Shown here: positions 30,772 to 39,739 of the stretch, piece after piece | Layout of the letters: each line of letters starts with the position of its first letter | How positions within the stretch are numbered: position 1 is the first letter of the stretch | The notes under the pieces: generated by a model | Told to the model about the DNA's origin: nothing | Databases searched by the model: none | What the model saw: only the letters and a program-made list of their open reading frames with translations | DNA from: Phycisphaerae bacterium | GTDB taxonomy: Bacteria > Planctomycetota > Phycisphaerae > Sedimentisphaerales > UBA12454 | Reading direction: 5' to 3' | Length of the DNA stretch: 64,000 nucleotides | Assembly: GCA_041478555.1 (NCBI GenBank) | Contig: JBGOWI010000004.1 | Location: 1,401-65,400 of the forward strand | Program-made: the position numbers and the translations under genes

Positions 30772-30811
30772 GCAGACGGCTGTTCCTCCTACGCCGTTCT
30801 GCTCTTTTTTT
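30772..30811 (+). terminator. Third stacked + strand terminator, loop UGUUCCUCCUAC
   Basis: GCAGACGGC / GCCGTTCTGC stem (30772-30780 / 30793-30802) followed by TCTTTTTTT. A smaller AGGGAA/TTCCCT hairpin plus T5 lies at 30745-30768. Confidence 0.55.
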
Positions 30812-30864
30812 ATGCCGGTTATGCGCAGAATATCTCTACGCTTAACAGGATGCCGAAACACCTT

Positions 30865-32907
30865 TTAGGCCTGTCTGATTTCCGCACCGACTCTCGCTGC
30901 AAGCTCAGCGAATATCTCCTGCTGCCAGCGGTCAACACTTCGATGCTGCAATGTGCCGTCCTCGTCTCTGAAACGCAGCGAAACTGTAACGCTTTTTTTG
31001 CCCGCCGGAATCGGTTTGCCCCTGTATATCCCCTCGAATTTTATCTCTTCAAGTTCCTGCGGCGCACGCGAGCGAATAATCTGCTCCAATTTCGCCCATT
31101 GAACCTGCTCACCAACAATAAGCGACAGGTCCCTGACTATCGCAGGAAACTTCGGCAGCGGCTTCATTTTGACCTGCGGCGGCTCCAGCTCCAAAAACAT
31201 GTCGAAATTCAGCTCAGCAGAACAAATCTGGTCAGCCTTTATATCGAAGCCCTCGACAACCTCATCGCGAAGAACGCCTGCGTCTCCGATTTTTTCGCCG
31301 TTAACAAGAATTTCAGCTCCTGCCTTTGCCCAGTGCAGTTGGGCAGGTGCAAAAACAATATCAGCATCTCTGTCAATCATCTTTATCAGGCCGCAAACCG
31401 CCCCCTTGAGAATTCCAAAATCGCTGTCGCAGACAACAGATAGACTCGTATGCTCGGTATGGCTGCCGTCCTGGCGCCGTGTGAAAACATCTGCAATTTC
31501 ATAAATCCTTATATTTTTGTTGCCAACATTGTAATTGTGCCTTACCACGTTCAGCAACGAGCCTGTAAGAGAGCTCCTGAGCAGATTTTCGGTCTTTCGA
31601 CTTACATCCTGCCCGTCGCGACGCGGTCGTACCGCGGCGGACACGGCAAGATGACCTTCAGGGCCTTTGCCGGTTATAAGTTTTGCGCTTTGCTCATCGG
31701 AAAAACTTGTCGTTATCGCCTCGTAAAAACCGCAGCTATTAAGATAATTGCCTATGGAAGAAATTACCTGCTGCCTTCTATCGACAGGAGCAATTTCTAT
31801 ACTGATTCTTTCCCTGACGCCGACTTTGTCGTAACCGTAAACCCTCCCCACTTCCTCAATCAAATCGGCCTCCCTGCTCACATCCGCCCGCCAGCTCGGC
31901 ACCGTACAGATTATTTTGTCAGAATCTGCTTTTTGAGGTTCAAATTTCAGAGACTTGAGAATTTCAAACGCTTTTTGCCCCGCCACCTCGATACCCAGCA
32001 GTTTATTTAATCTGCTCAACCGCAGTTCAACCTTTTGCAACTGCGGTTTTACAGGCCAGGCGTCAACAACGCCTTCGACGACCCTGCCGCCGGCAGCTTT
32101 GACAATAAGCTGTGCAGTCCTTTCTGACGCCCAGTCAATCTGCTGAATATCGACCATCCTGCCGAAACGAAATGCTGCCTCGCTGGGAAGGGAAAGTTTT
32201 TGTGATGTCGTCCTGATACTCGGCGGGCTGAAGCTCGCATCTTCCAGCAGGATATTAGCGGTTGATTCGCTGACTTCTGTTTCAATGCCGCCCATCACGC
32301 CTGCTATTGCCACAGGCCCCTTAGCGTCGGCAATAATCAGCATATCCGGCTCAAGTTTACATTCTGTGCCGTCAATGCTGATAAGTTTCTCACCTTTTTT
32401 TGCCCTGCGGACAATGATTTTTGCCCCTCTGATTTTGTCGTAATCAAACGCGTGTGGCGGTTGCCCCGTCTCCATCATCGCATAATTCGTTGCATCAACT
32501 ACGTTTCCGACGCTCCGTAATCCGACCGCCTCAAGCCTTTTAACCATCCAGTCAGGACTGGCTCCGACTTTAACGCCTTCAATTATTCTGGCCGTATATC
32601 TGCCGCAAAGCGCAGGCTCAGGAATCTCAACGCTAACCAGACGGCTTATATCTTTCTTCACGGCTTCGTATTCAATCTTTGGCAGTTTCAGCTCTCTGCC
32701 TGTTACCGCTGCAATCTCGCGGGCTACACCTATGAGGCTCAGGCAATCGCCCCTGTTGCTGGTAACATCAATATCAATAACCGTATCGCTGCCGAATTTT
32801 TCGATGCTTTCAGTGCCGAACCCCAGATTGCTCAAAAGCTCCGCCAGAATTTGGGCCGATTCGGTTATCTGAACGTAGTCTTTTAGCCAATTAAGCGATA
32901 TCTTCAT
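30865..32907 (-). CDS. pheT: Phenylalanine--tRNA ligase beta subunit
   Basis: MKISLNWLKDY start at 32907. The 29-codon upstream extension in the ORF track is a translated intergenic repeat. Confidence 0.9.
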   Translation of the reverse strand: MKISLNWLKDYVQITESAQILAELLSNLGFGTESIEKFGSDTVIDIDVTSNRGDCLSLIGVAREIAAVTGRELKLPKIEYEAVKKDISRLVSVEIPEPALCGRYTARIIEGVKVGASPDWMVKRLEAVGLRSVGNVVDATNYAMMETGQPPHAFDYDKIRGAKIIVRRAKKGEKLISIDGTECKLEPDMLIIADAKGPVAIAGVMGGIETEVSESTANILLEDASFSPPSIRTTSQKLSLPSEAAFRFGRMVDIQQIDWASERTAQLIVKAAGGRVVEGVVDAWPVKPQLQKVELRLSRLNKLLGIEVAGQKAFEILKSLKFEPQKADSDKIICTVPSWRADVSREADLIEEVGRVYGYDKVGVRERISIEIAPVDRRQQVISSIGNYLNSCGFYEAITTSFSDEQSAKLITGKGPEGHLAVSAAVRPRRDGQDVSRKTENLLRSSLTGSLLNVVRHNYNVGNKNIRIYEIADVFTRRQDGSHTEHTSLSVVCDSDFGILKGAVCGLIKMIDRDADIVFAPAQLHWAKAGAEILVNGEKIGDAGVLRDEVVEGFDIKADQICSAELNFDMFLELEPPQVKMKPLPKFPAIVRDLSLIVGEQVQWAKLEQIIRSRAPQELEEIKFEGIYRGKPIPAGKKSVTVSLRFRDEDGTLQHRSVDRWQQEIFAELAARVGAEIRQA

Positions 32908-33031
32908 TTGTATTGTCCGAAAAACACTTGCCCGCCGTCCTGTCCACCGTAGCTTTAGCGAAGGTGGAAGCCTTGGCGTAGGCGGGAAGGCCATACTTTA
33001 ACCCGCAAAGGCAAATATGTCAACGATTTAC

Positions 33032-33133
33032 CCCCACACCTATTTACATTGTGGCGGCAAAACTTAAAAAACACTCAAAGCTGTTTTGGCTAGTTCTCAA
33101 AATGTTCAATTACAGCGTAAATAGGTGTGGTGG
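33032..33133. repeat. Inverted-repeat element, copy 3
   Basis: CCCCACACCTATTTAC ... GTAAATAGGTGTGGTGG, with TTTA on both flanks. Confidence 0.65.
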
Positions 33134-33200
33134 TTTACAATTGACAATTCTATCGCCTGAACCGATAATCAAACCAGAATTGCTTTGTCGGAGACAGATT

Positions 33201-33647
33201 ATGCCGTCAAAAAAAATAGCTTTTATTGCCCTTGTCGCTGTTTTTACAGTATTTTGCTTTTGCATCGGCTGTGTTGAAAGGAAGCTGACTATTGTAACCG
33301 AACCGTCCGGCGCCCTTGTCGCGCTTAACGACGAGGAAATCGGCACATCGCCGGTTACCGTAGGCTTTGAATGGTATGGCGACTACAGTGTCCGAATTTC
33401 AAAGGATGGATACCAGACGCTTAACACGCACCAGAAGCTCAAACGGCCGTGGCGAGATAAATTTCCGTGGGACCTTTTTGCCGATATGTTCATGACAAAA
33501 ATTGACGAATACACCTGGACTTTCAAGCTCGAACCTCATCAGCAAATCCAAAAGGACGAATTAATAAAGTCTGCTACCAGCCTCCAAAAAGAGGCCCTCG
33601 CTGAGCCGAATAAACCTTCTGCCAAAAAAGCTGTTAAAAAACGCTGA
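33201..33647 (+). CDS. PEGA-domain lipoprotein
   Basis: ATG at 33201. Lipobox FCIGC. TEPSGALVALNDEEIGTSPV...YSVRISKDGYQT. Confidence 0.65.
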   Translation: MPSKKIAFIALVAVFTVFCFCIGCVERKLTIVTEPSGALVALNDEEIGTSPVTVGFEWYGDYSVRISKDGYQTLNTHQKLKRPWRDKFPWDLFADMFMTKIDEYTWTFKLEPHQQIQKDELIKSATSLQKEALAEPNKPSAKKAVKKR

Positions 33648-33651
33648 ATTG

Positions 33652-33681
33652 TAAAAATAAAAAGGCCGCCTCCTGGCGGCC
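33652..33681 (-). terminator. csrA terminator (hairpin shared with the convergent PEGA gene)
   Basis: GGCCGCC-TCCT-GGCGGCC (33664-33681) followed on the minus strand by UUUUUAUUUUU. Confidence 0.6.
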
Positions 33682-33717
33682 TCGGGCTTTCATAGGATAT
33701 TTAACTACAAGATTGTT

Positions 33718-33948
33718 TCAACCCGTTGAAGACTTCTGTATATGCGGCTTGACAGGCGGATCAGTTTGCTGTTTTTCTTCTGCCTTTTCCCGCTGAATCG
33801 CTTCATATACCTCTTTGCGGTGGACGGATATGGCCTTGGGGGCAGTGATTCCAAGCCGAACCTTGTCGCCACGTACGTCAACGATTATCACCTCAACCTC
33901 ATCGCCTATCATTATCGACTCATTTTTTTGTCTGCTCAAAACTAGCAT
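33718..33948 (-). CDS. csrA: Carbon storage regulator CsrA
   Basis: [51 protein letters not shown]. Confidence 0.9.
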   Translation of the reverse strand: MLVLSRQKNESIMIGDEVEVIIVDVRGDKVRLGITAPKAISVHRKEVYEAIQREKAEEKQQTDPPVKPHIQKSSTG

Positions 33949-34274
33949 TTTTCGGCACTCCTTTCTGCGATTTCAGGAGCTATTCCTGCTCTTATACTAC
34001 GAAAATCCCCCCGCCTCTGTTTCCTGACATCTTTTATTTAATACTTAAAGACCTTTTGCCAAACCGCTGGACGCGCTTTAATGCCATCCTGTGTATTTTT
34101 TCGGCTATTCAGGCAGGTCAAAACACTAAATTTTTCCCTTTTTTTGAAAGTTCCGGTCTATTTTGGACTCAATATAGCTACTTTTTAGGATTGAATTTGT
34201 GCAAAAAACTACAAAATAATTGATTTATTCTTTGTGTCTTTGTCCTTAGGACTCCTAACGGAGTGTCTTCGTGG

Positions 34275-35174
34275 CTACTGAAGGGTTCGCCACAAATGAT
34301 AGCTTACGGCCTGCCAATAGCCCCATACGGCCCCCAGACAGCCGAAGGCGACCATTTGAATGGGTAGAACTGCTGTAATAGGCCTTATAAAGAAATTCGC
34401 AGGCCAGGAACTGCTGATATGTGTCAGAATATCGCTTTTGCCGTAAGTAATTGCAGAATAATAAATTAAAGGCACAGAGGCAATCGCAGGCCAAAAAGCC
34501 CTGCTTGCCAGAAAAATCTTGGCAAAGAAGCCGCAGGCCCCAAAAGCTACAAAAATGGCAAATACTACCTGAAGATTTTCCGGCTGAGACGTAACGTGCG
34601 CCAGCTCCTGGTCCGAATAACTAACATCGGCAGCAAGAATATTAATTAAAAAACTCGCGACAAATACAGTCCCGATAACTGATATCGCTATTTCCAAAAA
34701 TTCCGGCAGTCGGAAGACCGGCTTTATCTTATCCAGCGGTTCAACAGCTTTTCTTCTGAAAATCTTATCAGCCGATAAAGCCCCAAGAAAGCCGCAAACT
34801 GCAATTCCCAGCCACAGAAAGCCTTCAAATTTCAGCGATGAATAGGCCTTCATTCTGTCCTGCACAACGGGAGCCATCTGGAAGATTTTTGACAGTGGTG
34901 CACTTCTCAGTCCCCAGACTGCGATGCCTGCCGGAGCGGCTATTATCCCGATTTGCGTGCCATACGGCGTGCAGATTGCCGAAGATAGAAACCCCGCAAT
35001 AAAAGCAAGACCGCCGCAAATCAACAAATCATCAGCGCTGATACTGCCGCTCAAAAGTGCAAAAACGCCCTCAGCCGGCGGCTTTACAAGACTCCACGGC
35101 AAAAGCCCCAGCAGAATAATACCTATCGCAAGCGACGCCGCAATCCTGATTCTCATTAACCACGAAAGTTCCAT
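34275..35174 (-). CDS. Polytopic membrane protein, function unknown
   Basis: 299-aa ORF with ~8 hydrophobic segments. No family recognised. Confidence 0.5.
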   Translation of the reverse strand: MELSWLMRIRIAASLAIGIILLGLLPWSLVKPPAEGVFALLSGSISADDLLICGGLAFIAGFLSSAICTPYGTQIGIIAAPAGIAVWGLRSAPLSKIFQMAPVVQDRMKAYSSLKFEGFLWLGIAVCGFLGALSADKIFRRKAVEPLDKIKPVFRLPEFLEIAISVIGTVFVASFLINILAADVSYSDQELAHVTSQPENLQVVFAIFVAFGACGFFAKIFLASRAFWPAIASVPLIYYSAITYGKSDILTHISSSWPANFFIRPITAVLPIQMVAFGCLGAVWGYWQAVSYHLWRTLQ

Positions 35175-35383
35175 TTTTCAACCTTTAATCAAATATTATA
35201 CGGCAACGTAATTTATAATGCCAACAGGTTCTTAAGCCATAGTATAGTAATATTAAAAATCAAAAATTAAAATGCAAAATTACAAATCAAAATTAAAAAA
35301 TAAGTGGTCGTGGGGTTGTCCCTAATTTCGTCAGGCGGATAAATTTTCCAACAGGCACAATGACTACTTTAAGTCATCTCATG

Positions 35384-36331
35384 CTATTTATTCGGATCTG
35401 TTAATTGGTTTTCCGGTTTTTTGTTATAATTTCCTTTGTGTTTATCCCACCACTCAGTGTATGCCTCATAAACTAAGATGTTTTGGCCAAGTTTGGCTTC
35501 TTGATCCATGAGTTTGTAGGCTTTATGAAGAGTTCTAATGCTATTAGTTTTGATAATGTTTTCGTTGAGTATTGCAAGTCTTACAGGCATTGGAAATCGT
35601 TCTTGCTGCCAAATAGTTTCAAGAATCGCGGGGCGATAAATTGGAAGTCTATGCGCAAGTACATAGGCAAAATCGTCAAGAGAAGCCTTTGCAGGATCTA
35701 AGTTACAATCCTTGGGCCAATCGATATAAGCTTCGGAAGTAGATAAATCTTGGTCAGCAGCGATTTGAAGAAGTACATCCAATGCGATATCCTGAAATTT
35801 GTTGTCTTTCGTTTCCACTATCTTTCGAAGAGCATCGAACGAAGCACGATCATCATTCGATGCCTTTGTGACCAACAAAGCAAATTCACTAGTATTCTTA
35901 ACTTCGTCTAGTGCGATATTTGCTTCGGATATAGCTTTCCCCATTTGTTTTACAGTTTCATTGACTTCTTGTTTTAATTTGGACACTTCAGGAGCAATCT
36001 GATCAGACATGAGAGCAGCAGCCCGGTCTTTTGCAGCTTTCTGAATAGTTGCTTCTATTGCGGGTTGTTCGAATTCCTTTTCAATACGAACTTTGACTTC
36101 ATCTGCGAGTGAGTCAGTCCGTTGTTTTAAGTCTGATCTCATATCGTTAATTGTGTTATAGGTAAGAAAAGTCCCACAGACAAGAGTCGTAGCAACAATG
36201 ATACCTATAATTCCAGCAAGCCGGTGGTACACAGAACGAACCCCTTCAATCTCCTCGTGAGCCCAATTTACAATCTTTTCGTAACGGTCTAATTCTTCGT
36301 TTTCTTTTTTTGGGCTTGGTTCATTTTCCAT
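35384..36331 (-). CDS. Hypothetical single-pass membrane/coiled-coil protein (A+T-rich orphan)
   Basis: 315-aa ORF with one TM (IIGIIVATTLVCGTFL). Visibly lower G+C than its neighbours. Confidence 0.5.
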   Translation of the reverse strand: MENEPSPKKENEELDRYEKIVNWAHEEIEGVRSVYHRLAGIIGIIVATTLVCGTFLTYNTINDMRSDLKQRTDSLADEVKVRIEKEFEQPAIEATIQKAAKDRAAALMSDQIAPEVSKLKQEVNETVKQMGKAISEANIALDEVKNTSEFALLVTKASNDDRASFDALRKIVETKDNKFQDIALDVLLQIAADQDLSTSEAYIDWPKDCNLDPAKASLDDFAYVLAHRLPIYRPAILETIWQQERFPMPVRLAILNENIIKTNSIRTLHKAYKLMDQEAKLGQNILVYEAYTEWWDKHKGNYNKKPENQLTDPNK

Positions 36332-36493
36332 GATAAAGCTCCTTGTTTTTCATATTAGGACAAATTATAGCGTTAAAAAGATGAAAAGGCAAAGGGGAGT
36401 CCGTCTTCCATCCTTCGTCCCGATTTAATAGGGACTACGGAGGACAGGTCGGCGGTGTTTTTTTACTAACGACTATCGACCACTAACAGCCGG

Positions 36494-37768
36494 CTACTTT
36501 AACGGTATTTTAAGCAGTGTAAATAATACAACTGAGAGCAAGGCCAGCAGCAGTGAAAAAAACGCCAGAAATCTGCGGGCTTTCCATTTATCCTGCCTGA
36601 ATATCTCACCCATTCCGCCTTTTTGATAATTCATCGCAATGCTCAATGCCAGGATGCTGAGAAGATTTAAAAATCCGAATTCAGCAAAACCTCGCCATTT
36701 CTTATAAATGAGCAGTCCGCTGATACCTGCGGACAAATACGAAATACAAGCAAGGCCTATGAGCCCAAAAAGTATTAATTCCAGATAAGACATTTTTGAT
36801 AATGCATCTGCATAAGCCATCCCCTTGAGCCGACCGGGAACAAAAGAAAGGTCGTTTTGTACACTATCTCCCCGGCCATTCAGCGAGATATATGTGAAAG
36901 GAATATTTTTCTGAGGCAGCGATGGTTTAAAAGAATCTGGCACATTTGCGTCCGAGCCGATTAGTTGATTACACATAAGTTCGCTATATCGCTCTTGTCC
37001 ATCGATTTGCCAAAAGCCTGTGAGAGTAAGCGCCAGCCGCATTTGCCTGCCGTACTTGTGAGCGATCGGGTAAAATGGCTTATCACAAGGGAACTCTACA
37101 TAAATACACGGCCTGCGGCGAATTCTTTGGGTATTATCGATTGGTGTTGTGTTCGGCTCATCAGCTTCCCTCCAAACAGCCAGGAACGTATATTCCTCAT
37201 TTACATACTTGGCAAAAGACTCAAGTTCGGTCTGAGATAAGGACTTGCTCCGATCTTTGAGATGTTGAGCCAAAGTTTGTACCGAGTCGGCTTTGAGAAG
37301 TTCAATCCGCAAACCGTTTGAGTCGATATAGCCTGGCATGCCACGGCTGAAGTTATTGTATGTATCGTATGAATATATAGGCTGAATATGGCAAAGCGGA
37401 ATTGTCCACAACTGAGTCGCAATTAAAGCATAATTAACATTAGTAAGTACATTTCGGGCTATTATGCGGGGATCTGCTCCGTTAAATTGGGGGAAGTCGG
37501 TAGCTATACGGAACTTAACATTTTCGCCTTTGCATTTTAGAGGAAGCAGCCATATTGAATTGGTATCTTCGGCAATTCTGGGCGAAACCACCATTTGCTG
37601 GATACCATCGTGCCAATTTATTACGGCCCGTTCTGATTGATGCCTCCCACGTGTTCGATACGGTCGGTTTCTAAAACCATTGGCATCTGGTTCATTGGCC
37701 TCGGCCATACATATTGCCTGGGTAAAAAGAAGGGAAAGAATTGCCGCAAGAAACGCAGTTTTTTGCAT
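36494..37768 (-). CDS. Hypothetical secreted domain with a C-terminal multi-TM anchor
   Basis: ATG at 37768 gives signal peptide MQKTAFLAAILSLLFTQAICMA. There are 3-4 C-terminal TM helices. Confidence 0.5.
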   Translation of the reverse strand: MQKTAFLAAILSLLFTQAICMAEANEPDANGFRNRPYRTRGRHQSERAVINWHDGIQQMVVSPRIAEDTNSIWLLPLKCKGENVKFRIATDFPQFNGADPRIIARNVLTNVNYALIATQLWTIPLCHIQPIYSYDTYNNFSRGMPGYIDSNGLRIELLKADSVQTLAQHLKDRSKSLSQTELESFAKYVNEEYTFLAVWREADEPNTTPIDNTQRIRRRPCIYVEFPCDKPFYPIAHKYGRQMRLALTLTGFWQIDGQERYSELMCNQLIGSDANVPDSFKPSLPQKNIPFTYISLNGRGDSVQNDLSFVPGRLKGMAYADALSKMSYLELILFGLIGLACISYLSAGISGLLIYKKWRGFAEFGFLNLLSILALSIAMNYQKGGMGEIFRQDKWKARRFLAFFSLLLALLSVVLFTLLKIPLK

Positions 37769-37890
37769 ATGTACCTCTAAATAGTTTTCTACAGTTTGTA
37801 CCTGCTTTTCTTTAAAGTCAAGACAAAATATGCGCGAAAAAAGGCCCGCCTGAGGCGGGCCATTCGATTCTTGCAAGTCTTGTCGATTGG

Positions 37891-38229
37891 TTAGACTACT
37901 ATGGCTACTACTGGGGTTACTACCTGTGTTACGTCTGGTGTTACGTCTGGTGTTACGTCTGGGGCTACGTCTGGGGCTACGTCTGGTGTTACGTCTGGGG
38001 CTACTACCGGGGTTACTACCGGGGTTACTACTGGTTTTACGTTGTTTGCACAGGGGCCTTTTTTGCCCTGTCCAACCTCGAAATTAACCTTCTGGTTTTC
38101 ATCGAGATTTGCGCAGCCGACGGTCTTAATTTCCGAGTGGTGGACGAACAAGTCATTGCCGCCGTCATCCGGAGTAATAAAACCATATCCCTTTTCTGAA
38201 TTAAACCATTTTACTGTTCCTGTACTCAC
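37891..38229 (-). CDS. Cold-shock domain protein with a C-terminal tetrapeptide-repeat tail
   Basis: [20 protein letters not shown]...LFVHHSEI (RNP1/RNP2 motifs) followed by 11 x P(D/V)V(T/A). Confidence 0.85.
   Translation of the reverse strand: MSTGTVKWFNSEKGYGFITPDDGGNDLFVHHSEIKTVGCANLDENQKVNFEVGQGKKGPCANNVKPVVTPVVTPVVAPDVTPDVAPDVAPDVTPDVTPDVTQVVTPVVAIVV
37903..38034. repeat. Eleven tandem 12-nt units (TGTTACGTCTGG-like)
   Basis: Direct reading. Units at 37903, 37915, 37927 and onward to 38023. They lie within the csp 3' coding region. Confidence 0.9.
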
Positions 38230-38467
38230 TTTTACTTCTCCTTGGCCTGTCTATAGGCCGTTAAAAAATAGTATCTCCCGATTTTGATTTATTAGAAGCA
38301 TACTCTTGAGAGATGAAAGGATATACGCCAAAAACACTTATCATATAAACTGGATTTATAAAGTCAACAAAAATATTAAATATCTTTAAATACCCTGTCC
38401 GTTTCGGCAAAATGCGCAAGGCGAAATGGCAATTTGTGCCTTTTTGCGACAAATTGTCATTTTCTTA

Positions 38468-38496
38468 TTGACTTTTTGTTGGAAATATGGTAAAAT
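38468..38496 (+). promoter_or_regulatory. Sigma70-like promoter of HNH-AP2 copy 1
   Basis: TTGACT, 17 nt, TAAAAT. Nearly the same ~45-nt block recurs inverted at 54075-54120. Confidence 0.55.
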
Positions 38497-38756
38497 ACGC
38501 ATATTGTTAGGCAAATAGTGAACAATTTAGGCACAAAGAAGATTTGGGTATTTAGCAGATAGGAGAAAATATCAAACATCAATCCGTCTGCGTCCGAAGG
38601 ACTTCGCCGCGATGCGAATGCAAAACCTGTCCTCACGAAAGTGGGGATGACATATTAAAAATCAAAAATTTACTCTGCAGACTCAGCGTTCCCGATAGGC
38701 AGAGTCCGCCGAGAAACACAGAGAAAAATATCATTTCAGCTTTTCAAGACAAAAAA

Positions 38757-39365
38757 ATGGATAATAAAAAAAGAGATTACCTGATGTTTAAGGTCAGAGG
38801 CCGGCTGATAAAGGTTGACCCGGATATCTATTATAAAATCAGAAGCGGCCGACACGAGCCGCCTTACAAAAAATACAACGATGGTATTACCACAATACGA
38901 GTTTCCTGCGATGGTTATCCGCAAGTTCTCTGCGGAACGAAGCCGGGCAGATGTATTCAGCTTTCCCGGTTTGTAATGAACGCCAAAGAAGGTCAGATAG
39001 TTGACCATATAAACAGAAACCCGCTTGATAACCGCAGAATTAACCTGCGTACTGTAACCGGCAGACAAAACAGTCTAAACAAAAAATGTAAAACGAACAC
39101 AGGACTTGTCGGCGTTTGCGTTCGACGCAAAAGAGGAAAAGACTATTGCCTGGCACAATTCCAAAACAGCGACGGTAAAAGATTATCATTTCATCTGCCG
39201 GACAGTCCGGAGAACCGGATTATCGCGGCTTTTGCGCGTGATAAATTCGTATTACAATCAGGAGATGAAGAATACGCGCCGCTGAATTTTCCGTGCTTCA
39301 AAAACGAGCCGTTTAGAAGCTTTCTGTTAAAAGAGAATTTAAATGAATACAAAAACAGGAGATAG
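38757..39365 (+). CDS. HNH endonuclease with AP2-like DNA-binding domain (homing-endonuclease-like), copy 1
   Basis: QIVDHINRNPLDNRRINLR (HNH). GLVGVCVRRKRGKDYCLAQFQNSDGKRLSF...IIAAFARDKF (AP2-like). Confidence 0.75.
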   Translation: MDNKKRDYLMFKVRGRLIKVDPDIYYKIRSGRHEPPYKKYNDGITTIRVSCDGYPQVLCGTKPGRCIQLSRFVMNAKEGQIVDHINRNPLDNRRINLRTVTGRQNSLNKKCKTNTGLVGVCVRRKRGKDYCLAQFQNSDGKRLSFHLPDSPENRIIAAFARDKFVLQSGDEEYAPLNFPCFKNEPFRSFLLKENLNEYKNRR

Positions 39366-39739
39366 AATGTAGAAGGTAGTACGACATTCTATACCGCTCA
39401 TCGTTGCGACGCGGTCGAGCTGCGGCGAAATGTCAATCCGCCAGAGGCGGATGACTAATTTAGCGTCCATTTTGGTTGCCCTCAGCCAAAATGGTCGATT
39501 ATTTTTAATTGTTTTTTGCAAAAGAAGCTGCGGGAAAAATATTCAATTTTGTGCGGCCAAAATGGTCGGTCGCAAAAATTTTTGCTTCGGGGCACGAAAT
39601 TTTTTCGTCTTTATAACCTGTTGTAATTAAACAATTTAAAAAATTATCATCAAAAATTTTTCTGCTGGCACACAGGTTGCAACTATATAAGTCGTCGAGG
39701 ACGGGAAGAACGAAGTCGTCTTTGAAAAAAGGTTCATAA

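Noticed and set aside
30613-31443. ORFs 30613..30861 (-) and 30850..31443 (+)
   Set aside because: The first runs through three + strand terminator hairpins and has Arg/Gly-rich junk composition. The second is antisense to the pheT coding sequence.
37887-38287. Plus-strand ORFs (66 and 128 aa) with LRLV/GVTS repeats
   Set aside because: They are antisense mirror images of the 12-nt repeats inside the well-supported csp gene and have no independent start signals.
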